A stretch of 64,000 bases of DNA from contig JAZDLW010000022.1 in NCBI GenBank assembly GCA_043801595.1, positions 1 to 64,000 of the forward strand, read 5' to 3'. The translations under genes and the position numbers were made by a program. Of the stretch, positions 1-9,280 are shown in pieces. The notes under the pieces were generated by a model. It ran no database searches, had not been told where the DNA came from, and worked only from the letters and a program-made list of their open reading frames with translations. Every line of letters starts with the position of its first letter. Positions within the stretch are counted from its first letter, which is position 1. This DNA is from Candidatus Aenigmatarchaeota archaeon (lineage in GTDB: Archaea; Aenigmatarchaeota; Aenigmatarchaeia; JACPZZ01).

Positions 1-1387
1 GAATATCCGGCAGTTCTCTCAGGTCTGTCCACACGGAATTTATTTTCGGGGCGTAGAACTGGCATGGCGTTCCCCACAGGTTTATAGTGTACGAACCTTT
101 CGGGATGTTGTCGTTCATCCATTTGCAGGCTTCTATGTAATCCGGGCTGAACTGCTTTACGGATTTCATGTCGGAAATTTTTTGCATAGATATGCTGAAG
201 CCGTAGAATGCGAGAAAAGCGATTAATATTACTGCAGTAGCAGCCATGACCTGATTTGCGAGTTTGCTTTGCCTTTTTTCAAGCAACGACATGATAAGCT
301 CAGAAAAATAAACGCCTCCCAACGCAACAAGCGGTATGACACCGATCATTGCTGCGCGCACAGAATCTTCAGTCCTCGCATTTATTGTCTGCAGTACAAG
401 GACGCCGAATAAAAATATGGCGGCCACAGCCATCGATCTGAGATCCTGACTTTTGTTTAACAGGCCGAAAAACAATCCTGCGATGAAAAGCAAAAACAGC
501 GTTACGGTATAGCCGAATTGAATATAGTTCATTACGCCTATGTCGATTAATGACAGGTTTGTTCCTGATTGCTGAGTGTAACCTGCGAATCCGTCGGTTG
601 CGGTTCCAGCCGGAGCTTCGCCGACATAACAGTTGTTATTGGCGGGTATGCGCGGTTGGCATAGTCCTCCATAGGACAGTATTTCTCTTACCTGGAACGA
701 TGTTCCCACGAGCAACGCTATGATAAACAATGCGGCAAATCCTTTCATGTGTTTTTTCCAGTCGCTGCCTGTCAGGAAAAATAATATTATAAGCAGCGGA
801 AAGACGAGCAGGCCCGTAAACTTTGACATTGCGACAAAACCGGCGGTTATACCCGTTGTTATGAGAAACTTAAGCTCGCGTTCTTTGGCGTACCTGTAGA
901 ACGAATAAAGGAACACTGAAAAGAAAAACACGAGGGGCGCTTCCGAATACACCAGAACGTTGTAGGTTATTATCGACGGTGTCACGAGATACAAAAACGA
1001 GGCGGTTAAACCGGCCTCTTTTGAGTGTATTCTTTTAACAAGGAGGAATATAACCAGCGCCGTGAAAAACGAGAACAACGGGGTGAGGAATTTTGTTACA
1101 ATGTCGGACGTTCCGAATAAAAGCATTACACCGGCGTAAACCAGATGCGGCAACGGCGGGCGGAAATACGCGCCCGCGTACACAGGCGTCGCCTGGAAAT
1201 ACTTGGGTATTTCCATGTTTTCGACCATTCGACGCGGCGTTCCGGCATGGAAGCCCTCGTCTCCGAAAGCGATCGGCGTTGACAACGTTACTGTCTCGAA
1301 AGAGTAAAGATAAAACAACGATATCAGTACGACTGCGGCCCCCACTACAGAACCCGCGGACAGATTGAACTCAAAATCCTTTGCCAT
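1..1387 (-). CDS. GT-C fold membrane glycosyltransferase (PMT/GT39/ArnT-like); runs off the left edge
   Basis: Not in ORF track. Manual translation from ATG 1387: MAKDFEFNLS...FGDEGFH...YFRPPLPHL...YSEAPL...MSKFTG; many TM segments; DE and PPL motifs typical of GT-C enzymes. Confidence 0.8.
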   Translation of the reverse strand, partial: MAKDFEFNLSAGSVVGAAVVLISLFYLYSFETVTLSTPIAFGDEGFHAGTPRRMVENMEIPKYFQATPVYAGAYFRPPLPHLVYAGVMLLFGTSDIVTKFLTPLFSFFTALVIFLLVKRIHSKEAGLTASFLYLVTPSIITYNVLVYSEAPLVFFFSVFLYSFYRYAKERELKFLITTGITAGFVAMSKFTGLLVFPLLIILFFLTGSDWKKHMKGFAALFIIALLVGTSFQVREILSYGGLCQPRIPANNNCYVGEAPAGTATDGFAGYTQQSGTNLSLIDIGVMNYIQFGYTVTLFLLFIAGLFFGLLNKSQDLRSMAVAAIFLFGVLVLQTINARTEDSVRAAMIGVIPLVALGGVYFSELIMSLLEKRQSKLANQVMAATAVILIAFLAFYGFSISMQKISDMKSVKQFSPDYIEACKWMNDNIPKGSYTINLWGTPCQFYAPKINSVWTDLRELPDI

Positions 1388-1391
1388 CACA

Positions 1392-2525
1392 TCATCTTTG
1401 CTTGTGCAATACGTTTTCGTATATTTTAATGTATTCTTTCGTACCTTTGTCCCAGTCAAACTTCTTTACAGAGTTTGGAGCATTTTTCGCAAGTCGGGAC
1501 CTTAATTTCTTATCAGACAGAATCTTTATAACATTCCCGGATATGGAATCCGGAGAGCCAGGCTCTGACAATAAACCATTAAATCCGTTTTTTACTATTT
1601 CCGGAAGAGAGCCTGCAGCCGACGCAACGACCGGAGTTCCGCAGGACAGCGATTCGGCTGCCGAAAAACCGAAGCCTTCGGAGATGCTCGGAACAACGCA
1701 GACATCGGCAGATTTTATTATGCCAGGCAATTCGGGCAGCGGCTTCGGGTCGAAAACGTCAATGCTGTCCTGCAGGTCGAGTGTTTTAATAAGGTTCATA
1801 GATTTGCGATACTCGCTTGCTGGGTTTCGCGACAGCAGCAACATGAGTTTTGCCTCGGGAATACGGTTGGTAACGGTTTTCATTGCGCTGATAAGGTAGT
1901 TGATACCCTTTGCGACTCCAGGCCTTCCGAAAAACAGGATCAGCGGGTAATCTTTTTTTATTTGTGCTTTCGTTTTCGGATTGAACAACTTCCTGTCAAT
2001 TCCGGGATATACTACATGAGTTTTCTTGGCGTCGAACCCGAAATCCAGCAAACGCTGCTTTGTCGCATTGCTTATCGCGGTTGATACGTGATTCCTGTAA
2101 TGCCGCAGGGAAAGGTTTTCCAGCGAATAATTTATCAGGGACATCGGAGGTTTTTGCAATCTTAAAAAAAGCCTGTCCCAGACCTCAAAAAATGTTGCAA
2201 CAACAGGCTTGTTTATGAATTTTTCGATTGTCATTACTGTTCCCAGTCCGCCCAGTGTCGCGGCGTGCACAATATCCGACTTTTTCGAAAGTTCCACGCA
2301 TTTTCCGGCCGCTGCGAGAGCAAACGAATGGCGGAACGGGGAATAAACACGGTGTATCCGCCTGTTTCCGTCAGACTCGAAGTCCGGCGAACCTTTTATT
2401 TTCTGTGTTATAATGTCGATTTCTATGCCTTTGTCTGCCAGTTTTTTTGTCATGTTGTCGAACAGCGTTTCGGCACCGCCTACGTGGGGCGTGAAGAAAT
2501 CCAGCACAAAGAGTATCCTTGTCAT
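1392..2525 (-). CDS. Glycosyltransferase family 4
   Basis: PHVGGAE at N-terminus, PSISEGFGFSAAESLSCGTPVV (ExFG..E motif), terminal FDW. Confidence 0.95.
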   Translation of the reverse strand: MTRILFVLDFFTPHVGGAETLFDNMTKKLADKGIEIDIITQKIKGSPDFESDGNRRIHRVYSPFRHSFALAAAGKCVELSKKSDIVHAATLGGLGTVMTIEKFINKPVVATFFEVWDRLFLRLQKPPMSLINYSLENLSLRHYRNHVSTAISNATKQRLLDFGFDAKKTHVVYPGIDRKLFNPKTKAQIKKDYPLILFFGRPGVAKGINYLISAMKTVTNRIPEAKLMLLLSRNPASEYRKSMNLIKTLDLQDSIDVFDPKPLPELPGIIKSADVCVVPSISEGFGFSAAESLSCGTPVVASAAGSLPEIVKNGFNGLLSEPGSPDSISGNVIKILSDKKLRSRLAKNAPNSVKKFDWDKGTKEYIKIYENVLHKQR

Positions 2526-2534
2526 CCGGCCATC

Positions 2535-2563
2535 AAATCTTATATTTAAAATGCATGTATTTC
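2535..2563. promoter_or_regulatory. TATA-containing promoter motif AAATCTTATATTTAAA-N4-ATGTATTTC (copy 1)
   Basis: Lies in the divergent GT4/GT2 gap; the same motif recurs at 5749-5777. Confidence 0.6.
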
Positions 2564-2585
2564 AATGAATAGCGATGTGTGATAA

Positions 2586-3275
2586 ATGAAAAACATTGGA
2601 ATATTGCTGCCGGCTTATAACGAGGAAAGAAACATAAAGATTGTTCTGCGTGAGGCGAAGCGATTTCTTCCGAATGCGGTCGTAATCGTCGTCGACGACG
2701 GGTCTTCTGATAGGACTTCGAAAATAGCGAAAAGCGAAGGCGTGCACGTAATTGTTCATAAAGAAAACAAAGGCAAGGGCGAGGCGTTACGGAGCGGGCT
2801 AGAATTTCTCGACAAAAAAATGAGCGGAATAAAGTACATTGTTGTTGCCGATGCGGATAGGCAGTACACGATCGCAGAGGCGCCGAAGGTTCTGAAACCG
2901 CTGATTGACAACAGCGCGGATTTTGTAATGGGGTACAGGGATTTTTCGGGCGTGCCATTCAGGCACAGGCTGGGAAACTTTGTCTGGAAAACCGTTTTCA
3001 ACATACTATTCGGAACAAGGCTGAAGGATACAAATTGCGGTTTCATAGCAATGAAAAAGGAGGTCGCACAGGCTGTCATAAAGGTAGTTGGCGGCGGCTA
3101 CATAATCGAAAACAGTCTTTTAATAGAAGCCATGAAGAAGAAATTCAGGATTACGCAGGTAAAGGTTTCTGTTAGGTATAAAAAAACAAGCGCCATACGC
3201 AGAGGGTTGAGAACAGTGCTGGGGGTTCTTGTTTTTATCCTTGACAAGGGTATAAAATATCGACTGGGAAGATAA
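2586..3275 (+). CDS. Glycosyltransferase family 2 (DPM1-like polyprenol-phosphate glycosyltransferase)
   Basis: LPAYNEE, VVDDGSSDRT, NKGKGEAL, DADRQY, DTNCGF motifs. Confidence 0.93.
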   Translation: MKNIGILLPAYNEERNIKIVLREAKRFLPNAVVIVVDDGSSDRTSKIAKSEGVHVIVHKENKGKGEALRSGLEFLDKKMSGIKYIVVADADRQYTIAEAPKVLKPLIDNSADFVMGYRDFSGVPFRHRLGNFVWKTVFNILFGTRLKDTNCGFIAMKKEVAQAVIKVVGGGYIIENSLLIEAMKKKFRITQVKVSVRYKKTSAIRRGLRTVLGVLVFILDKGIKYRLGR

Positions 3276-4687
3276 TGGAGATTAAAAAAAGCTTAAACCG
3301 GTTTTTTGTTCCGATAGCGATAACCGCGTTTTTGGTTGCAACATTCCTTCTCGCATTAAAATTAAGGGCAACGCCCGCGCTCATAAATCCGCCATGGCTG
3401 CCGCAATTTGACAGCTATTGGTTTTTCAGATACGCGAAGATGATCGTAGACAATCATGGCGTGCTTCCGAACTGGGACCCGCTAAGCTATTTTCCACCTG
3501 GAAGACCAACGGATAAATCGACGCAGTTTTACACGTACCTGCTTGCATACTCTTTCCTGGCTGCGAAGAAGTTTATTCACGAACTAACACTGGTTCAAAG
3601 CACAAAGTGGACAGCGGCGATACTTGCGTCGTTGGCTGTGATACCCTCATATTTCATCGGAAAGTACATGGGCGGACGTGTTTCCGGATTGTTAACATCG
3701 ATATTGATAGCGGTGTCTCCGGCAATACTCGTGCGTACAGGTGCGGATCCGGACAACGACGGTTCTGTTGTCGTTTTAACAATGTTTTCGTTTTTCGCTT
3801 TGATGAGGCTTATCAAGGAACCGAACTGGAAAAACGCGCTGCTGTCGATAATTGTTTTGACAATGTTCGCGCTGAGCTGGTATCCATTCTGGTATGTTAT
3901 AATAATCACGATAGCCGGGATACTGTTAAATGTGGCAGTGTCGTTTGTCCAATCCGCGATCAAGAAGGATAAACGATTGTTTGAAGAAACAGTCAGCCAG
4001 TCGAAGCCGAGACTAAAATATTCCGCAATAGTCGTTCTGGGTATTGTAGTTGTTCCGCTTTTGCTCGGCGTAAACACGATCGGCTATTTCGGCGGTTTCC
4101 TCCAATTTGGAACGAATCCGCAGGGCCAATCAATAGTCAACGTATCGGTCGCAGAATTGCAGAAGCTGGACATATTTTCATTGGGCGGTTGGCAGCAGAT
4201 TATAGGACGAACAGCCGGTCTGGAATTTTTAACATATATCATACCGACTTTGCCGCAATTTTTGATTTATTTGGCCGAGGCTTTGGCGGTTATAGCGCTT
4301 GCATATTCGGCTTGGGCGACGCACGCAAAAAAGAAAAACACCGAAGCAGCGCTGCTAATAGCAGACGCGGTTGTTTCGTTATTCTTGATACTCCTGAAGG
4401 CGGATCTTGTGACATTTTTGCAGATTGTGCTATTCCTCGGGCTTGCACAATACGCGATACTTGCGACATTTCGCCGCAACCGTTCCATGGGAACCACGTT
4501 ATTCGTGTGGATAGCATTCACATTTTACGCAATATCGTCTGGTGTGAGATTCACGCTGCTGTTCGCGCCGGCAGCGGCGGTTGCTGTTGCAGTAGGCTTG
4601 GGCGAGCTGTGGTTATGGGCGAACAAGAAAGAGGCAGGAATATTGCACTCAATTGAGAATAAAATACTTGGTGAAAAGGATGAGTAG
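3275..4687 (+). CDS. aglB: Oligosaccharyltransferase AglB/STT3, N-terminal membrane part
   Basis: QFDSYWFFR, WDPLSYFPPGR, DPDND, VSVAEL (SVSE/TIXE-like) and GVRF motifs; about 12 TM segments. Confidence 0.85.
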   Translation: MEIKKSLNRFFVPIAITAFLVATFLLALKLRATPALINPPWLPQFDSYWFFRYAKMIVDNHGVLPNWDPLSYFPPGRPTDKSTQFYTYLLAYSFLAAKKFIHELTLVQSTKWTAAILASLAVIPSYFIGKYMGGRVSGLLTSILIAVSPAILVRTGADPDNDGSVVVLTMFSFFALMRLIKEPNWKNALLSIIVLTMFALSWYPFWYVIIITIAGILLNVAVSFVQSAIKKDKRLFEETVSQSKPRLKYSAIVVLGIVVVPLLLGVNTIGYFGGFLQFGTNPQGQSIVNVSVAELQKLDIFSLGGWQQIIGRTAGLEFLTYIIPTLPQFLIYLAEALAVIALAYSAWATHAKKKNTEAALLIADAVVSLFLILLKADLVTFLQIVLFLGLAQYAILATFRRNRSMGTTLFVWIAFTFYAISSGVRFTLLFAPAAAVAVAVGLGELWLWANKKEAGILHSIENKILGEKDE

Positions 4688-5612
4688 CGTAATACTGCGT
4701 TCGAGCGTTGGGGCATTGATATTATTGTCAGTGCTGGCAGCAATATCCGCCGGTTCGTCGCTTTCCTCGCAGCTCGGTCCGTCGGTCGACGCGAACTGGT
4801 ACAATGCGATGATTTGGATAAAAAACAACACACCACAAGATTCTATTATCACGTATTGGTGGGACCAGGGACACTGGATAACCGGGATTGCAGAGAGAGG
4901 AGCATTTGCTGACGGCGCACACTGCTCGTTGGAAGGATGTAAACCGTACCCGTTGGATACGAGAATAGTGGACATTGGAAAAGTGTTTACAACCAGCGAT
5001 GAAAATCTAGCGACGCAGATATTATCAAAGTATATGAATTTCACCGATGCGCAGTGTGCGTTGAACAAACGGGCGTTCGGAGACATAGTGCCTTGTGACT
5101 CTCCTTCGGAGATGTACGTTCTCGCAGCATCGGATCTGATAAGTAAATATCCGTGGCCGTCATATTTCGGATCGTTATGGCCCAATTACTCCGGACAGGG
5201 AACGCAACGGCAGTATTTCCAAATCAGCCTGCAACCGTTAAAGGACAGCAACGGAAACGTGATGGGTTATTACGACCAATGCCTGCGTGCTGATAGCACA
5301 GGAAACTGCCAGACATACGATTTCCTGCTTGTGGAGAATAGCGGCAAGCTTGTCGCGATTTACCAGAACAGAAACATTGTTAAGAATGTGGATTATCCTG
5401 CCGTTTCCGGACGAAAAACCGATACCAGCGAGAACGCGACGCTGGACGGGACTTTTTGGGTCGATCCGTCTTACAGCTACGCGTTGTTCATGACACCTGA
5501 TGTTGAAAAAAGCATATACACAAGACTTTATTTCTACGATGGCGCCGGGCTAGAACATTTCCAACAGGTTTACTCAAATGGAGAGGTTAAGATATACAAG
5601 GTAAGTTTTTAA
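4680..5612 (+). CDS. aglB: AglB/STT3 C-terminal part (last TM helix plus soluble WWDxG domain)
   Basis: W..AMIWIKNNTP, YWWDQGHWI, ADGA, DLISK, EVKIYKV; ATG 4680 preceded by GGTGA (SD-like). Confidence 0.88.
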   Translation: MSSVILRSSVGALILLSVLAAISAGSSLSSQLGPSVDANWYNAMIWIKNNTPQDSIITYWWDQGHWITGIAERGAFADGAHCSLEGCKPYPLDTRIVDIGKVFTTSDENLATQILSKYMNFTDAQCALNKRAFGDIVPCDSPSEMYVLAASDLISKYPWPSYFGSLWPNYSGQGTQRQYFQISLQPLKDSNGNVMGYYDQCLRADSTGNCQTYDFLLVENSGKLVAIYQNRNIVKNVDYPAVSGRKTDTSENATLDGTFWVDPSYSYALFMTPDVEKSIYTRLYFYDGAGLEHFQQVYSNGEVKIYKVSF

Positions 5613-5748
5613 CCGAAAACACTGTGATTTATGTAATTGCCATACCATTTTATTGTTTCTTTCTCGCAACGTTTTTAGTTATGTTGCCGGACAGCGTCTC
5701 CGATGTGACGAGAAAAAATAATCTAATACAAAAAGCACCTCGGGCACG

Positions 5749-5777
5749 AAATCTTATATTTAAACCCTATGTATTTC
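5749..5777 (+). promoter_or_regulatory. TATA-containing promoter motif (copy 2)
   Basis: AAATCTTATATTTAAA-CCCT-ATGTATTTC just upstream of the GT4 start at 5796. Confidence 0.6.
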
Positions 5778-5795
5778 TAGTAGAGTGTCAACAAC

Positions 5796-6923
5796 ATGAT
5801 TGAAAAAATGAGAATAGGTATAACTTTTCAAGATCCGCCTTGGGTTTCAAAGGGCGGCGCAGAGGTATTTGCGTTCGAGGTTGCAAAGCGGCTTTCAGCG
5901 CGCGGTCATGACGTGACACTAATAGCGGCAGGAAAATCTGGGGCAGAGGTGCGCGATGGAGTCAAAGTTGTTTACACCGGGATGAAGGTAAAGACCGGCA
6001 TTCCGGCCGCTGATTGCCTGCTCGGATCATTGATGCATTTTCTTACAGGTCACATTGGCCTAGGCGATTTTGACGTGTTGTATATGCATACAGGTATTCT
6101 TAGCAAGTTGCTATCAAGCACGCCCTGCGTTATGCATACATGGGGTGAAATCATAGGCCCCAGTCCGGTAACTCTTACGAGGACATCTATAGACGTCGCT
6201 ACGGCGTTAACATCGGACAGGATAGTCGCGGCGTCAAAATACGCGGCCGAACAGTATACGAGATTCGCGGTTTTCAGGGATAAAGTCAGGCAGATTAACC
6301 CTAGCATAGACACGAAAATTTTTCGTCCTGTAAGACCAAGGATAATTGAAGACTACGGGTTGAAGGGGAAGAAGGTGATTGTGTTTGTAGGGCGTGTTAT
6401 CCCATCAAAAGGAGCTTACGACATGATTGAAATCGCAAGGCTCGTTACTAAGGAGAACAAAGACACAAAGTTTCTGCTCATAGGGCCGGGCAACGATAGT
6501 TTTGTAGCCTCTCTCAAGAAACGGATACAAAACTTGGGCATGGCAGAAAATTTCGAGTTTGTCGGGCCAGTCGACAATAAGGATCTTCCGGACTATTACA
6601 GTGCTGCTGATTTGAGCATACTGCCGTCCCACTTCGAGACGTTCGGAATGGTAAACTTAGAGTCGCAGGCATGCGGTTCTCCTGTAATCGCTTACAATGT
6701 CGGCGGCGTGTTCTCTACGATAATCAATAACAAGACAGGTTTTTTGGTCAAGTACGGCGATTATCAGGGATTTGCGGATAAAATAAATCTAATACTTTGC
6801 GACGCCGCCCTCAGAAAGCGGATGGGAAAAGCGGGGATCAGGCGCATCGGAGATAAATTTGTGTGGGAAAAAAACATCGCTAAACTGGAAAAGGTTTTCG
6901 CCGAGGCGATCGGATCTAAATAA
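5796..6923 (+). CDS. Glycosyltransferase family 4
   Basis: GGAE, FVGRVIPSKG, PSHFETFGMVNLESQACGSPVI. Confidence 0.95.
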   Translation: MIEKMRIGITFQDPPWVSKGGAEVFAFEVAKRLSARGHDVTLIAAGKSGAEVRDGVKVVYTGMKVKTGIPAADCLLGSLMHFLTGHIGLGDFDVLYMHTGILSKLLSSTPCVMHTWGEIIGPSPVTLTRTSIDVATALTSDRIVAASKYAAEQYTRFAVFRDKVRQINPSIDTKIFRPVRPRIIEDYGLKGKKVIVFVGRVIPSKGAYDMIEIARLVTKENKDTKFLLIGPGNDSFVASLKKRIQNLGMAENFEFVGPVDNKDLPDYYSAADLSILPSHFETFGMVNLESQACGSPVIAYNVGGVFSTIINNKTGFLVKYGDYQGFADKINLILCDAALRKRMGKAGIRRIGDKFVWEKNIAKLEKVFAEAIGSK

Positions 6924-6959
6924 TCGCAGAAAAAAGATTTGTGGAGAGGTTGAATTAGT

Positions 6960-7160
6960 ATGCTAGAAGAGCGGTTTTTGAAAACGATCGCATGCCCAAA
7001 GTGCAGGGGGGTTGTAGAGCTAAAAGGCATGTTTTTTGTCTGCGTCCTTTGCAAAGCTTGTTATGCTGTTATTGATGACGTGCCGGTGATGATAAATTCG
7101 GAATCATGGGCGCTAAAAGACGCCAAAGCCAAGAATTTCGTCCATCACCTGAAGATTTGA
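6960..7160 (+). CDS. Trm112-like zinc-ribbon protein
   Basis: IACPKCRG...CVLC...YAVIDDVPVM matches the Trm112 family pattern. Confidence 0.8.
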   Translation: MLEERFLKTIACPKCRGVVELKGMFFVCVLCKACYAVIDDVPVMINSESWALKDAKAKNFVHHLKI

Positions 7161-7176
7161 ACCAACCGCCGAATGG

Positions 7177-8097
7177 TCAATCTTTCGTCAACGTAACTAG
7201 CATGAAATCTTCATTTTTGGTGTACTCTATGCGGGGTTTGTTCAGACATAAATTTTCAACCAGCTGTGGAGTGGGACGCCACACGTGTTCTGGGTTTTCC
7301 ACAAGCGTTTTATCATAGTTTTTCTTTGCCGCGTTCGGGACGGTTATAAGTACCTTCCTGCCGACCCTGAGCGATTCCTTAACTATTTTTTTAGCCTTTC
7401 CAAAATCAACATGTTCCAAGGTGTCTGGTATAATCACAGTATCGAATGAATTATTCCTGAACGGCTGGGCTGTTGCGTCGGCGATGACAAAATCCACGTT
7501 TTTCCTCATTTTTTTTGCCTGTTTTATCCTGTATCGGTCTATGTCAAGTCCAACAATGCCGCCCACCTTTTCTATGATATAACCGGTGCTGCAACCTATT
7601 TCCAGGATTTTGCCGTTTGCGTGTTTTTTCAGCCACGCCACCCTTTCTGTTTGCTGGGGTATAAGATAAATCCGGTCAGGGTGCGGCGGCGGTTCGTACA
7701 CCATCGCGTACATGCTTTTGAACTGTTCGGCGAGCCTTGACCAATTGACATTTTCACTGTTTACTGTGCTGGCCCGGTCGCTCAGCATGAATATCAGGCG
7801 GTTGGGTTTTTTATCATCATCAGAGTACACGGTTGTTATTATCTTTGGCCTCGTTATTCCGAGCCTTCTTTGCATCTGCAGTCCCAACAAAAGAGAGAGA
7901 TACGCACGCTTTCCGTCCTTCAAATGAAGGTGGATTATGTTGCTTCTGCCGGCACTTTTTTTCAATGCGCCGGAATCGCTTCCCGCTCCGAAAAATTCTA
8001 TATCGTCCCCGAACTCCTTTTTCATTTCCGACTTGTACGAGGAATATTCCTCCGGCTTCAGATTAACGAAAATCGAACAGACCCTCATTACAGCCAC
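7177..8097 (-). CDS. Class I SAM-dependent methyltransferase with an N-terminal GT4-like remnant
   Basis: ILEIGCSTG, GLDID, ADATAQPF..NSFD, LEHV in the C-terminal half; N-terminal IIHLH/KIITTVY/NWSRLAEQFKSMY. Confidence 0.85.
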   Translation of the reverse strand: MAVMRVCSIFVNLKPEEYSSYKSEMKKEFGDDIEFFGAGSDSGALKKSAGRSNIIHLHLKDGKRAYLSLLLGLQMQRRLGITRPKIITTVYSDDDKKPNRLIFMLSDRASTVNSENVNWSRLAEQFKSMYAMVYEPPPHPDRIYLIPQQTERVAWLKKHANGKILEIGCSTGYIIEKVGGIVGLDIDRYRIKQAKKMRKNVDFVIADATAQPFRNNSFDTVIIPDTLEHVDFGKAKKIVKESLRVGRKVLITVPNAAKKNYDKTLVENPEHVWRPTPQLVENLCLNKPRIEYTKNEDFMLVTLTKD

Positions 8098-9213
8098 TCA
8101 ACGCTTTGCCAGTCTTCGGTACAATTCCAGATGTTTCAATGCTGCCTTTTTCCAGGTAAAGTTTTTTGCCTTATTAAGATTGTGGTCCCCCATCCTTTTA
8201 GCCAATCTGGGATTTGAAATAAGTGATGTTATCCTTTGGGCTATTTTCCCCTCGTCCAAATCAACAAAAAACCCTCCCTTTTTATCGACCACTTCTTTCA
8301 GCCCGCCTACAGATGTACAAATTATAGGCTTCCCGTACACAAGCGAATATTGTATCGAAGCCGATTGTGTTGTCAGCGAGTATGCGTGTATCGTAACTGT
8401 GGAATTCTCAAACAACCTGCGAACCTCGGCTTCCGGCACCCACCTTCTCTTAAACGTGACATTTCCATCTATTTGCAAGTCCTTTGCTAATTTTTCCAGT
8501 CCGTCGTAGTATCTTTCATGCCCGGGCAGCGGCATGCCAGCGATTATCAGCCTCGCATCCGGAATCTTTTTCAATACGCGTTTGAACGCCCTGATAATGG
8601 TGTCCACACATTTATATTTACTCACCAGCCCGAATATCAATACGGTTTTCGTGTCGAACACGCGCCCTTTCAGGGGCTCTAGGTTCGGAACCGGAATCGG
8701 TATTTTAAATATTTTATCGCTTTCCAGTTGCCCGCACAACTCTTTTTCGTGTTCCGTCGTGTGCACGATCACAGCGTCGAAATCTCTGAACAGGATCCTG
8801 TGAAGGCATTTTCGTACGAGATCGAAATGCCTGGAATGCGCGGTTATCACCACGGGTATTCTTCTTTTCTTAGCGTATGCTGTTACGTACGGAAGAAACA
8901 GCGTGTGGTAAAAAGCAAACTCGTATTGTATGTGTATTATGTCTGGTTTTATGCGGTCTAAAATTTCTGCCATTTTTTTGTGCGAATCGTAAAATCCGCC
9001 AAAATTTATCGTTTCATACCACAGCTGCCCGATTGGCGTCTTCCGCAGCGCTTTCTTTTTCAGGACAGGGAACACGTTTTCGCGTCTTTCGGCACCTTTC
9101 ATACAGATTACATACACGTCTTGTCCGAGTTCCGCCAAAGTTTCGGCAAAATTCTCCGAGTGTTTCGCTATACCACTATGTGTTTTCCATTCTGTTATCA
9201 GAGCTATTTTCAA
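8098..9213 (-). CDS. Glycosyltransferase family 4
   Basis: MKIALIT...SGIAKHS, IIHIQYE, FGLVSKYK, GKPIICTSVGG, FTW. Confidence 0.92.
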   Translation of the reverse strand: MKIALITEWKTHSGIAKHSENFAETLAELGQDVYVICMKGAERRENVFPVLKKKALRKTPIGQLWYETINFGGFYDSHKKMAEILDRIKPDIIHIQYEFAFYHTLFLPYVTAYAKKRRIPVVITAHSRHFDLVRKCLHRILFRDFDAVIVHTTEHEKELCGQLESDKIFKIPIPVPNLEPLKGRVFDTKTVLIFGLVSKYKCVDTIIRAFKRVLKKIPDARLIIAGMPLPGHERYYDGLEKLAKDLQIDGNVTFKRRWVPEAEVRRLFENSTVTIHAYSLTTQSASIQYSLVYGKPIICTSVGGLKEVVDKKGGFFVDLDEGKIAQRITSLISNPRLAKRMGDHNLNKAKNFTWKKAALKHLELYRRLAKR

Positions 9214-9280
9214 AGTGATCTACAGCTATTTTATATAGCGTTTTTAAATATTATGTGTATCGTTTTTGGAGCGGTTTGCT

